Below, piece by piece: positions 1 through 11,806 of a stretch of 41,618 nucleotides of DNA (positions are counted from its first letter, which is position 1; each line of letters begins with the position of its first letter). The notes beneath the pieces were generated by a model that saw nothing but the letters and a program-made list of their open reading frames with translations, did no database searches and was not told the origin of the DNA. The position numbers and the translations under genes are program-made. The stretch spans positions 13,256,905 through 13,298,522 of the forward strand of contig NC_068998.1 of the NCBI RefSeq assembly GCF_001194135.2, written 5' to 3'. This DNA is from Octopus bimaculoides. Lineage: Eukaryota.

Positions 1-879
1 ATATATACAAATATATATATATATATACGTATATAGGTATGTGTGTGTATATATACACACACATTCGAAACGCCGGTGTTAAAACGTGGGTAGCTGATGA
101 AGGAAAATGTTCTCTATGTGGCTTGTGTGTTTTCTGTACTCTGGTTATTATTATTTTCTTGTCTACGTTTTGTTTGCAATGTCCTGTACCCAGATATGCA
201 CCTATATATACAGGTAGACGTAGGTAGGCACATACTTGTACGTATATATAGGCATATACTCATTTATTATTTGTTTTGATATATATATATAGATAGATAG
301 ATAGATATACACATACATACCTATATATGTATATAGATATATATATTCGTTATTTAATGATTTTTGTAGAAATAACTTGTCACAATAGTTGTGATGTAAG
401 TTTTGCATTATAACTTATTGTCAGAAAAGAATAAGTGCAATTTCGTTTAATCGTGAAGAAAATATTTATCATGAAAGAATGTCATCTATATTATCTTGTA
501 GATAGAGTGAACTGACAAAGAAATATTAAACGAGATAATGTTTTGTGTCATGTACAGGGATTTAGTCTCGTCTTTTATAAAGAGAAATGAGATTTTAAAA
601 TTTTGTTTTTAAGAGGTAGGTCTGATTTGATTAACGTAAGAAAAGAGATAAAACATATAAATTTCGTATTCCTTGCAGGCATATTCTTATAGTATCCCAG
701 AGAAGTTTTCAGCAACTATATTATATCTTTAAGCAAAAATTACACATCATTGGAAAATAAATAAATTTGATAGATATAAATACCGTTCAGGTGTCACTTT
801 TGAAATACAATAAAAAAAAAAGAAGAAACTATAGGATTGTGAAATTTAAAAATAAGATCAGTGTTTGATTATAAAGTAG

Positions 880-1075
880 GTGCAAATTTGTGCTGAGATA
901 GGTGTATTGTTGATTATATTGATGCCCATATTTCTCAGGTACTTAATTCTACCGATTTCAAAATAACAAACTTGTCTTCAATAAGATTTGAACTCAGAAC
1001 ATTAGGATTATTAACTAAGTACCACATGATGTTCTATTTTCTGCTCTACTAATTCTGCCAGTTCATCACCTCTAG
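880..1075 (-). mobile_element. Degenerate tRNA-derived SINE (family B)
   Basis: Reverse complement reads ggtgatgaactggcagaattagtag...gttctgagttcaaatc...aattaagtacc, matching the family B copies at 10999 and 27341. Confidence 0.65.
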
Positions 1076-1568
1076 CAATAAAAAAAAAAAAATGAAAAAG
1101 TAAAAAAGAAAAACCAAAACATTGAACGTTGCTATTAAAACTAATACATTCTGATTCCAAAGATCTATAGTACCAATATTTTCTTCTAAGTTTCATGCCA
1201 TAAACATTCTTGATGCCAACTTGCTTGAGACTATCCTTGGTGCTAGGATACAAACCTGTAGTTTTTAAATGATCTAACTTAAAACTTTCCATCACAATTT
1301 TATGATAATTTAAGTTACGAACACCAGTTTAATAATGACAAAACTATTTTACTAAATTTTGAACTATTTTCAAAGTTACTGAAAGACACAATAGTTTAAC
1401 AGAAATATGGCTACAAAGGCATTAAACAAGTGAGTGGCAAACACCATCAGCTACATTCCAGCCCTACAAAGGATATTGCTCTACCACAGATAGTTTTTCT
1501 TAATGGAAGTACTCAACACTGAAAGCCAGTGAAACACTGTTCAATTTTACATTACTACTGCTTACAGT

Positions 1569-1869
1569 GTGGCTAGAGCAGCAGACTTGTGGTCAAGGGA
1601 TCATGGGTTCGAATCTCAGACTGGGCGATGTGTGTGTTTATGAGTGAAGCACCTAAGCTCCATGTGGCTCTGGGCAGAAGGTAATGGCGAACCTCTGCTG
1701 ACTCTTTCGCCAAAACTTTCTCTCATTCTTTCTTCCTGCATCTAGCAGCTCACCAGTGATGGACCTGCGTCCTGTCCAGGTGGGAAATCTATACACCAAT
1801 GAAACCAAGAAACCGGCCCTTATGAGCTAGGCATAGCTTGAAAAGGAACAAACATTAATAACAACAACA
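1569..1869 (+). mobile_element. tRNA-derived SINE (family D, tail type 1), 5'-clipped
   Basis: B-box GGGTTCGAATC, (CAA)n tail, 12-bp TSD actgcttacagt at 1557-1568 and 1870-1881; head and core shared with 7990-8380. Confidence 0.9.
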
Positions 1870-2889
1870 ACTGCTTACAGTAGTAAATTGCAGAGCTTAC
1901 AGAATGTTATTTAGAGTTCCATCTTAGTTGTGACTATCTTGTGAGAGAGTCTCTAGGACTATGTCACTTATTGTATCCTACTTATCGTCATACTTCTTGT
2001 TTCAGATGCAAATATGGTATTTGAGGGAAATTTAGCAGCTATTTTAAAAATAATAAAACGATACTATTGAGAACCCTTCATTGGCTCAAAAGTCTGTTGT
2101 TTCAAAAGTTATCTGAGGTTAAACAATATCAACAACACTTAAAAACTATATTGACTCTTTATCAATGGACTCTGCTTTGGATGTGGATGCAATTCAACAC
2201 TTATGATGGAATAAACAAATAAACACTGGCAACCCCTTTGGTTAGTTGTTGGGTATATATTAACTTTAGTCCCCCTCAGCCCACAAACTTATTGGGTTAA
2301 ATATAACCAATAACATTCTCCCTCGATGTAAAGGTATTTAATAAATTTTGAACAAACCTGGTAGCAATTTTGCTTCTGTGTTTAACTTTGGAAATTGGAA
2401 AGTTATCGAATAAACAGTGAAAATAATGTATAATAGAATATTGGAAAATAGATTTAAGTGGCGTCTTGAGAAAACTACGTGAGATTTTAAATATTGATGA
2501 GGAAAAGATTTTTATGAGAAAATTTCTTATTGACAGATGTTTAATCACTATTTTTGACAAATTTATTCCGGATACCTGAAGTGTAGAATTTTGCATTCAG
2601 TATTAATTTTATGAATTCAATTTGAAGATGATTACATACCGGATCTCAGCTGAGAAGTTATTACGTATTCACAATAAACCTTTCTAAAAGATGTCGGAGC
2701 AGCCACACAGTAATGTCTTTCTGGCAACATAGTATTTACTTTTTTGTTTCATAAATGCAGCCGTGTTCTGTGTGAAAATTACTCAGGGTAGCCAGTAGTC
2801 ATTAACAGAATTAGTTATCAATAAAAGGTCTTAATCACAATGTATAAATGCTTAAAGAAGAAAATCAATCAAAATTATATATCTACATG

Positions 2890-2928
2890 CACCCACACAT
2901 ATGTGCGTGTGTGTGTGTGTATATATAC

Positions 2929-2991
<63 letters not shown>

Positions 2992-3094
2992 ATATACGTA
3001 TGCATGTTTCTATATATATATGTGTATGTGTTGGTTTATATATGTATATATCACATATATGTATGCATGTGTCTATATATGTATATCTATGTAT

Positions 3095-3133
<39 letters not shown>

Positions 3134-3150
3134 TAGATAGATAGATATTT
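2890..3150. repeat. Compound (GT)/(TA)/(GATA) microsatellite
   Basis: Directly visible dinucleotide and tetranucleotide runs. Confidence 0.95.
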
Positions 3151-3242
3151 TATAGTTTTCCATGGTTTGCTTTGGTTCTGTGTTTGTGTTAAGTGCTTAA
3201 CCAGTGTTTGTTGACATCGGAAGCTTTGGTACATAAATGTCA

Positions 3243-3490
3243 AATGATGAAAATGAGTGCTCAACACCGCATTGGTGGATATAATTTCTTTATTTGTGAA
3301 TTAAGGCTACCATTGGTTTCATCTTAAGAAAAGTAGGAAAATATTCTAGTGTCTTAACAATTTTTCAAGCCGATCACTTGGAGAAATGTGTTCGTGTTCA
3401 ATCTGGAAAACACAGCCTCCAGGTAGCCTTAATTCACAAATAAAGAAATTATATTCACCAATGTGATGTTGAGCACTCATTTTCATCATT
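3243..3490. repeat. Fold-back / MITE-like element with 69-bp inverted arms
   Basis: 3243-3311 is the reverse complement of 3422-3490 with 3 mismatches; 110-bp spacer; imperfect extension to about 3230 and 3505. Confidence 0.85.
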
Positions 3491-4227
3491 CAACATTTAC
3501 ATGTATATATATACATATATATCTCACATATATGTATGCATGTGCTTACATATGTATGTCAATGTGTTTGTATATATACATGCATACATACATATATAAC
3601 ATTGCTATGGAATGATCCAGAGAAGAAGTACTCAATACAAACATACAATGCATTAGTTTATTTATTTATTTAAGCTGGATTATTAACCTGTCACTCTGGA
3701 GTTTCCATATTATACAGCTGCTTCTTCATCAAACTAGTCAGACTGGATCATTCTTACTTGTTTAAAGTGACAACTGCATGGCTGCATGGTATGGAAACAC
3801 CTAAGTAACAAGCTACTAAGACAGCTTAAATAAACTACACACATAGAGAAAAGCTTTTCTTTTAGATATGATATATCAAAAACCCAACTGTGTTCTAGTT
3901 TAAATATTTTAATGATTAAAAAAAATACATCTTAGGAATTCCTTACAGTAAAGTTTCGAACTCCATCATCAACATTTCTATACTTTTATAGTCTGATGCC
4001 AACATCACTCCATCTTGAAGATGAGATTACAAAAGTCTAAAAATTTTAATGATGATGAATTTGAAAACTTTACTATTCCAATGAAAATATAAATAAAGTA
4101 CTTTTATTAAAAATAAAACCAGAATAATTGTTGTTTTCAATTCAACATTATATGTATATATGTATATATGTGTGTGTGTGCCATGATTCAGAAATCTGTT
4201 TTGGATTTAAATGATAAGCAGTTGCTG

Positions 4228-4564
4228 AGACACCCTTCGGTCATGACTGACCATGGGATTGCACCTAAAAAGTTACCCTCCCAGGCACAAGTTTGGGCAA
4301 GGTTGTTTATGGAAGACCAGCAGTCGCCCATGCATACAGGCCTCCCCTCTCCACACCACTGCGGTTATCCAAGGGAAAGGCAAAGGGGCCGATACAGCTT
4401 GGCACCTGTGACGATGCAACTCATTTCTATTGCTGAGTGAACTGGAGCAACGTGAAATAAAGGGTCTTGCTCAAGAACACAGCACACAGCCTGGTCTGGG
4501 ATTCGAACTCACAACCTCACGATCGTAAGCTCGATGCTCTAACCACTGAGCCATGCACCTTCAC
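4228..4564 (-). mobile_element. tRNA-derived SINE (family E)
   Basis: Minus strand: A-box TGGCTCAGTGG, anticodon-like loop CTTACGA, B-box GAGTTCGAATCC, followed by a core and a LINE-like tail. Confidence 0.85.
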
Positions 4565-5092
4565 TCATAAGCAGTATTAACATGTTAAATGTACTTTTTA
4601 ATCCCTCTCTGTACATATTCAAATTTACATCTGTCTGTCTGTCACACTCTCTCTCTGTATATATGTGTGTGTATATAAATATGTATACACACATCTTGTG
4701 TGTGTGTGTGTGTGTGCAACAGGTCCTTATTTATTGATCAATGGTGGGTGTTTTGATATTTAATTTTGCTTTACATTTGTTGATAAATTGTTTTACCTTG
4801 TTTATTCTCTGTTGTTAGGTGAAAGAGTCTGAGTACTTGTAGAGGGGTAAGATTTTAAAATCGGGTATGCATGTATTTAATCACCATCATTTAATATCCA
4901 TGTTCTACACTAGAACATGGATATTATGTGTTTATATATATATATCTGCAAAATGGCTTCTTTCTTGTTTCATTTGAGTTTTCTAATTTCCATTGCACCA
5001 CAATAGAACACATTGATTAGAACCTTCCCGTAGAATCAAATGAGATTATAAAACAATCCATTACACTTTCTAATATTATATAATTAAAGCTT

Positions 5093-5310
5093 AGCTGAGG
5101 GACTGGCAGAATCATTAATGTGTTGGACAATCTTGTGATAGTTTGTCATAATCCTCTTTGTTCTAAGTTCAGATCACACCGAGATCAATTTTTGTCTTTT
5201 ATTCTTCCAAGTTGTATATAACATAAAACTGGGTGGATAACATAAAGTACCACGTTGAGTTCTGGCGTGGATTTAATTTTCTATACACTATCTCACCACA
5301 AAGAAGATTA
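5093..5310 (+). mobile_element. Degenerate SINE (family B)
   Basis: gactggcagaatcattaatg...gttctaagttcagatc...aagtaccacgttgag matches the other family B copies. Confidence 0.6.
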
Positions 5311-6079
5311 ATAGTAATAAGAAGAACAGTAGTTTCAAATTTTGGCACAAAGTCAGTAAATTTTAGTCGTGGGAAAGAGAGTGAATCGATTCTATTGGCT
5401 TTATTTTAGCGAATCCTGAAATAAAGAAAGACATTGTTGACTTTGGTGGGATTTAAAATCAGAACAGAAAGAACTAGAAATAATGTCACTAAACATTTTC
5501 TTTGCCACACAAATGATTCTACCAGCCCACCACCTAATGATGGTAATAATTCTTCCAAATTTTTGCACATGGATTACATTGACCCAAGTACTCAACTGGT
5601 ACTAATTTTTGTCGACCTCCAAAAGAATGAAAGACAAAGTCAGTCCCAAATAGTAACAAAATTGTGGCTTTGTACCGATGTTAAAAATCGGTTTTATGTA
5701 TTTAAAGCAATCCTGAAGAGTAAACCAACCAGATCATACAAGACAATAGCAATAAGAATAATTAATATGAAAAACGGAAGAAATACAAATGATTTTTGGT
5801 CACCAAAAAATAGAGCCATGTTTAGAAATGAATTATTGAAATCTATTTAATTTGATATCAGAGTGTCAGTAATTTTAACCACTTAAAATGGATGTCAGTA
5901 TACTGATGATTCAGTTTCTCAAAGAGGATATAAACTTGTCGAATGGAAACTTCATCCGAGTGCTGTCTTTCAATGAATCTCTACACAAAGTTTGTCAACT
6001 CAGACTGCAAAGCAACCTGTAAGCGAACAGAAAATGGCTTTTACTGTGCCCAAAATCATAGCTCTGATTTATTCAGAGC

Positions 6080-6551
6080 AGTAGTAGTAGTAGTAGTAGT
6101 TGTTGTGGAAGTAATAGTAGTGGAAGTAGTAGTACTAGTAGTAGTAGCAGCAGCAATAGTAGTAGTGAAAATAGTAGCAGTAGTAGTGGAAGTAGTAGTA
6201 GTAGTGGAAGTAGTAGTNNNNNNNNNNGAAAATAGTAGCAGTAGTAGTGGAAGTAGTAGTAGTAGTGGAAGTAGTAGTAGTAGTGGAAGTAGTAGCAGTA
6301 GTAGTAGTGGAAGTAGTAGTAGTAGTAGCAGTAGTAGTAGTAGTGGAAATAGTAGCAGTAGTAGTAGTGTAAGTAGTAATAGTGGAAGTAGTAGTGGTAG
6401 TAGTTGTAGTAGTAGTAGAAGAAGAAGTAGTAGTAGTAGTAGTTGTAATAGTAGTAGTTGTAGTAGTGATAGTAGTAGTAGTAGTAGTAGAAGAAGTTGT
6501 AGTAGTAGTAGTGGAAGTAGTAGTAGTGGAAGTAGTAGTAGTAGTAGTAGT
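6080..6551. repeat. Compound (AGT)n/(GTA)n microsatellite with a 10-N gap
   Basis: Directly visible; explains the poly-Ser/Val/Leu/Thr ORFs here. Confidence 0.97.
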
Positions 6552-7989
6552 ATCAATCAACTCACAGCAATCTAGTGGTAGTGTGTCTCTTTGAAATTTA
6601 AAATATAGTAATATATTCAGGCATTGCCTTCAATGTTACGAAATATTTATTCTAAATAGCAAGCAAAGAAATTATTTGAGAAAATTCTGTTTCATTCATG
6701 TAAAACCCCTTTGTATTATTGCATTGTTTTATTTTGTTTTGTTTTGTGCTTTTATCTCTTTTTTTTTATCAAATAAACATTTTCAAAATCCTCCATGTAA
6801 GTGAATATATTTTGAGAAGTTTTTAAATAATGGTGTAACAAATTTTATTGTGTTAGCTGAAACACCTCGAAGAATTTGAAAAGTATTTGATTTTCTTCTT
6901 TTTTGAGAATATATGTTCACATCTCTGAATTGTATTTCTTATGGAAAATTGTATGAAAAAGAGTCTGCTGTTATTGTGTTTCTATGAAGCAAATTTTGGT
7001 TCTGAGCATTAAATAAAATGTCTTTATAGATGTAAAAAGAATAAAGATAACATTCCTTGTTTAATTGGTAATTAATAAACAACGATGTGAATGATTTACA
7101 GTCAGTGTTTGAAAGGTGACAGATGAGAGCCAGTTCTTTCAAAACAAGATATGCAAATAATTTGAAAACATTTATCAAAAAATATGGAACAAGACAATCA
7201 GTAACACTTGGATATATTGTTAAAAATATATTACAAAGGAGCATGAAATTTTATGTTAATTTAATGAAAATAGTCGAACAAAAAATCAGACTAAAGTGAG
7301 ATAACAGTTGAATTCCTCCAAATTGAAGATTTTTGTTGTTGTCGTTTTTGTTGGTTATTTTATTTCATTTTTTTGCCAACTTAATAAAAAACAACATATA
7401 AAAAACAACCATCTCAAATGATTGATTATTGACAATGAACTAAACTAAATTGTTCTTGAATATGAAGAAGTCAAACTGTCCATCCACGTAATCTAAGACA
7501 GGCAGAGTTCAGCAACTGTTGAAATTATCCTTTAAGAAGCAGCTACCAAAGAAAGAAAAGCAAAACAAAATACAGTATAAGAACATGTACGCATGTATGT
7601 ATGTATGTATGTATGCATGCATGCATGTATGTATGTATGCATGCAACAGGAAGAGGGTCATCTTGTCTCTTTTAAATTCACCAAAACAATCATTAAACAG
7701 TGAGGGAGCCTCTACATGGTCAGTGAGCCAGCTAGAAACAGTAGCCAAATATCCTACAATCATACCCTGCTGTCTTAAAATAGGACACATTGGATTATTT
7801 GGTACCGGATTTTCTATATATATATATATATATATGTAAAAGATAAGATGATTACAGCTAGAACTTCTTGGATCATAGGTCAGCTCAACCAATAGTAACC
7901 CAGAGTCAAACCCCAACAATTACAACTCATGTCTTGCACCATCATATTATCATTTGATTTGAATAATACACACATTACCATGGTCATCA

Positions 7990-8380
7990 TTGGAGGTGCA
8001 ATGGCCCAGTGGTTAGGGCATCGGACTCGCGGTCATAGGATCGCGGTTTCGATTCCCAGACCGGGCGTTCTGAGTGTTTATTGAGCGAAAACACCTAAAA
8101 CTCCACGAGGCTCCTGCAGGGGATGGTGGCGAACCCTGCTGTACTCTTCCACCACAACTTTCTCTCACTCTTACTTCCTGTTTCTGTTGTGCCTGTAATT
8201 CAAAGGGTCAGCCTTGTCACACTGTGTCATGCTGAATATTCCCGAGAACTACGTTAAGGGTACACGTGTCTGTGGAGTGCCCAGCCACTTGCACGTTAAT
8301 TTCACGAGCAGGCTGTTCCGTTGATCGGATCAACTGGAACCCTTGACGTAGTAAGCGAAGGAGTGCCAACAACAACAACA
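7990..8380 (+). mobile_element. Full-length, CpG-rich (young) tRNA-derived SINE (family D, tail type 2)
   Basis: A-box TGGCCCAGTGG, B-box GGTTTCGATTCC, (CAA)n tail, 13-bp TSD accatggtcatca at 7977-7989 and 8381-8393. Confidence 0.92.
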
Positions 8381-8616
8381 ACCATGGTCATCACCTAAAT
8401 CTCTGGTTTTGGGCATTGGTGATGTGTATGTGTATTACTTGTGTATTGTAAGAGGCAAGTAAAAGGGTTGATGCTATGAAGGGTAACCGACCATAAAACA
8501 CTGCCTCAAACAGACCCATCAAACCTTGCCAGCATGGAAAAGTAAACACCAAAATGACAATGACGATGACAACAATTACAACAATGATGATGATGGTAAT
8601 GAATTGATTAATACTG

Positions 8617-9290
8617 GTTTCAAATTTCGGCACAAGGCCAGCAATGTTGGCACCTGTTCTCAACTGGTACTTCTTTCATCGATTTCAAACGGACAAGAGA
8701 TAAAGTTGACCCTGGCAGCATCTGAATCCAGATCATAATGACGGGCGAAATGTCACTAAGAATTTTGTCGCAAAAGGATGAAAGGCAAAGTTGACCCTGG
8801 TGGCATTTGAACCCAGATCATAAAGATGGACAAAATATCACTAAGGATTTTGTCCCAAAAGGATGAAAGGCAAAGTTGACCCTGGTGGCATTTGAACCCA
8901 AATCATAAAGATGGACAAAATATCACTAAGGATTTTGTCCCAAAAGGAGGAAAGGCAAAGTTGACCCTGGTGGCATTTGAACCCAGATCATAAAGATGGA
9001 CAAAATATCACTAAGGATTTTGTCCCAANNNNNNNNNNGGCAAAGTTGACCCTGGTGGCATTTGAACCCAGATCATAAAGATGGACAAAATATCACTAAG
9101 GATTTTGTCCCAAAAGGAAGAAAAGAAAAGTTGACCCTGGTGGCATTTGAACCCAGATCATAATGACGGACGAAATGTCACTAAGAATTCTGCCACAAAA
9201 GGATAAAAGGCAAAGTTGACCCTGGCGGCATTTGAACCCAGAATGTAAAGACAGACAAATTGTTGCTAAGGACTTATACCATAGATTTCC
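8617..9290 (-). mobile_element. Family B SINE with an internal 85-bp segment amplified into a ~7-copy minisatellite
   Basis: Unit register at 8776, 8861, 8946, (9031, in the gap), 9116, 9201 (period 85); each unit is the reverse complement of the family B B-box/core segment; SINE tail gtttcaaatttcggcacaaggcc at the left end. Confidence 0.9.
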
Positions 9291-9336
9291 TATGTTTTCT
9301 GATATTCCAGAAGTTTCTAATAACAAAATGCATCTA

Positions 9337-9499
9337 TAGGCACAGGGGTGGCTGTGTAGTAAGAAGTTTGCTTTCTAACCTCATGATTCCAGGTTCAGTC
9401 TTACTGTGTGATACCTTGGGCAAGTGTCTTCTACTATAGCTCCAGGACAACCAAAGTCTTGTGAATGGATTTGGTAGATGGAAACTGAAAGAAACCTGT

Positions 9500-9546
<47 letters not shown>

Positions 9547-9662
9547 CTGTGTGTTCATGTGTCCCCTACCACTGTTTGATGGGTGGTGTTGGTATGTTTA
9601 CATCTCCATAACTTAGAAGTTTGGCAAAAAAGACCAAGAGAATAAGTACTTAGCTTACAAAA
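9337..9662 (+). mobile_element. tRNA-derived SINE (family A) with internal (GT)n
   Basis: gtggctgtgtagtaag head, ccttgggcaagtgtctt core start, body and tail matching the copies at 28244 and 35690. Confidence 0.88.
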
Positions 9663-9678
9663 CCATTAATATGCCCAT

Positions 9679-9999
9679 GGGCATATGGTGTAGTGGTTAA
9701 GAGTGCAGGCTACTAACCCCAAGATTCCGAGTTCGAATCCAGGCAGTGACCTGAATAATAATAATAATAANNNNNNNNNNCCCAAGATTCCGAGTTCGAA
9801 TCCAGGCAGTGACCTGAATAATAATAATAATAATAACATCAAAAAATTCCTTAGGAATGAGAACCCAGGTTCGAAATTTTCCCCAAGACATCTGATGAAG
9901 GCTGGGTATATCAGAAGGAGGGTATATCAGCCAAAACGTTGTGTTAACAACAAACAAGATGAGGACAAATATCCGTCAAATGTAAATAATGTAAATAAT
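9679..9999 (+). mobile_element. tRNA-headed SINE (family C) with hammerhead-like module, 3'-truncated copy
   Basis: GGGCATA-TGGTGTAGTGG A-box, GAGTTCGAATCC B-box, (TAA)n linker, CTGATGA..CAGCC-AAAACGTT motif at 9887-9945; near-identical to 31602-31879. Confidence 0.9.
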
Positions 10000-10147
10000 G
10001 GTGGTGGTGTGTTTATTTCACTATAACTTAGCGGTCTGGCAAAATAGACCGATAGAATAAGTACTGGGCTTCAAAAAGATAATAAGTCCTTCAAGATGGT
10101 GGCCCACCATGGCTGCAGTCAAATGACTGAAACAAATAAAAGACAAA
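10000..10147 (+). mobile_element. Family A SINE 3' fragment
   Basis: gaccgatagaataagtact...catggctgcagtcaaatgactgaaacaaataaaaga tail. Confidence 0.85.
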
Positions 10148-10615
10148 AGAAAGCTAACCATAAGTTTTGTCTATTACAAACCATTCTTAAAAATCATGAA
10201 GACTGCAGGTATTGTATCTATCTTCTTACATTTTAACATAATTACAGTTCCAGGCTTATCAGCATTTGCTGTTCTTTGTTTCCAGTTTAGCATTTCAAGA
10301 TATTGAAATATTACTCTATATCCCCAGGTAATACTACACTAATTATTATATTTGTCATCTTGTCCACAGTTTCTTGCAAGCTTTCTACTGCTCCGCTCAG
10401 CAGCCTTTCACATTTTCCTAAGATGTGTGCAACTGTGTCATTGTGAAAGTAAAAGTTGGTGCTAGTACAACACATCTGCTTCACTTTCACGTAGGAGTTG
10501 CTTCATAACTGGCAAAGTGACTGAGTTGTTAGAACATAGGACAAATTGCTGTATAATATTTGTTCTAAATCTCTGTGCTTTGAGTTCAAATCCCACAGAG
10601 GGCAATATATGATTA

Positions 10616-10649
<34 letters not shown>

Positions 10650-10998
10650 CATCATCACTGTTATTTACCTTTTAGCTGCATGTTTGATGCAATCACTTGT
10701 TGGGACACACCCAGCAATTGAGGGTTAAGGGATGTTGAAATATTACTGGAACCTTTGGGCAGTTAAGCAGCTAGGGCAGTAGAGAAATACTTCCATGTAA
10801 TATAACTCAAACATTTAAATTGATAGTTTTTCTAAGGATGTGGGCAGTAAATGTTAGCACAACCTTTTTGGATCTCCTTGAGACATGGTTCTCCTGGGAT
10901 GATGTCTAGATGTTTTCTGACATCCCTTTCTTATCATGCCTAGGCACCTACAGTAACAGTAATAATAAATGCAGGATGTTGTTATTATTATTACTCTT

Positions 10999-11213
10999 AA
11001 GGTGGCAAGCTAGCAGAATCGTTACCATGCTGGATGAAATACTGAGCGGTATTTCACCGGTCGCTACATTCTGAGTTCAAAGTTCGCTGGGATCAACTTT
11101 GTCTTTCATTCTTTTAGGGTCGATAAATTAAGTGCCAATGAATCACTGGGGTCGATGTAATTGACTAGTCCCCTCCCCACAAATTTGAGGCCAAGTGCTT
11201 CTAGTAGAAAGGA
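10999..11213 (+). mobile_element. tRNA-derived SINE (family B)
   Basis: aaggtggcaagctagcagaatcgtta head, GAGTTCAAAG B-box, ctttcattcttttagggtcgataaattaagt core, (TTA)n tail. Confidence 0.88.
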
Positions 11214-11244
11214 TTATTATCATTATTATTATTGTTGTTATTAT

Positions 11245-11795
11245 TGAGTGAGAGAGCAGTGCATGCCATCAAAGTGACACTGGGGTAAAATATATGAAGC
11301 CCAGTATAACCATCATGACTATTTGTATGATAGGGGTATACCAGGCACATGCATCACAATTATATGTACACGATATGGTGACCTTATTTCAAGATGTACA
11401 GTGCATGACCTTGCAGGTGGGGCTCAGTTAGAATTTTCTTCAGGTCAAGTAGCCCATCCCACTCAAAAGTTCCTTGAATAAGGTTTGTTTAAATATGATG
11501 AATGAAACACCCATGTCTCCAGAGGTGAATTATTCAAACTCCAAAGAATTTCTCTCAACACATGGCTATGATGCTCCCCCACTACTTCTGCTTCTGATCA
11601 GAGATACACATATATTGTTCAGCCATTAAGGGCCATGTTCAAGTGGTAATGGTCAAGCAACTGACAAGTAAATCTGTGGTATTGAGCAGAATATTTGCTG
11701 TAGCCCATCTTTTATACCAAAAAACAAAACATGTACATGATAACACTTCCAATCAGTTAAGATCAGAAGCCATGAGAGCCAGTGCATGGTACTGC
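11245..11795 (-). mobile_element. Unclassified interspersed repeat with (TAA)n tail
   Basis: About 550 bp of higher-GC, non-coding sequence ending in a (TAA)n tail on the minus strand. Recalled as an octopus dispersed repeat; no second copy in this window. Confidence 0.5.
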
Positions 11796-11806
11796 TATTA
11801 TTATTA

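Noticed and set aside
61-250. CGAAACG followed by CTGATGAAGG, hammerhead-like words in a probable repeat fragment
   Set aside because: The motifs are in an order that needs a stem I between them, none can form, and there is no valid UH site.
1011-1295. 94-aa minus-strand ORF
   Set aside because: Its C-terminal part is a degenerate SINE head; the rest has no recognisable motif.
2297-2596. Open frames on both strands in unique sequence
   Set aside because: No recognisable domain or convincing splice-site pair; such lengths are expected in AT-rich DNA.
3948-4018. Minus-strand segment encoding DGVMLASDYKSIEML, reminiscent of family A DNA polymerase motif A
   Set aside because: It lacks the conserved ELR, has only moderate splice sites, and no other polymerase exons appear in the window.
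5943-6594. Long Ser/Val/Thr/Leu-rich ORFs
   Set aside because: Translations of the (AGT)n microsatellite across an N gap.
7992-8070. tRNA-like sequences here and at 4490-4564, 9679 and 31602
   Set aside because: They lack a complete acceptor stem and continue into SINE bodies, so they are SINE heads, not tRNA genes.
8691-9275. Regularly spaced repeats superficially like a CRISPR array
   Set aside because: Units are contiguous with no unique spacers, derive from a SINE, and the context is eukaryotic.
9717-9834. Apparent tandem duplication inside the family C SINE
   Set aside because: The two identical copies flank a 10-N placeholder gap, typical of unmerged contig overlap; absent from the 31602 copy.
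10308-10500. Minus-strand frame with DTVAHILGKC, similar to a LINE zinc-knuckle motif
   Set aside because: The upstream CxxC and adjoining LINE motifs are missing and there is no good donor site.
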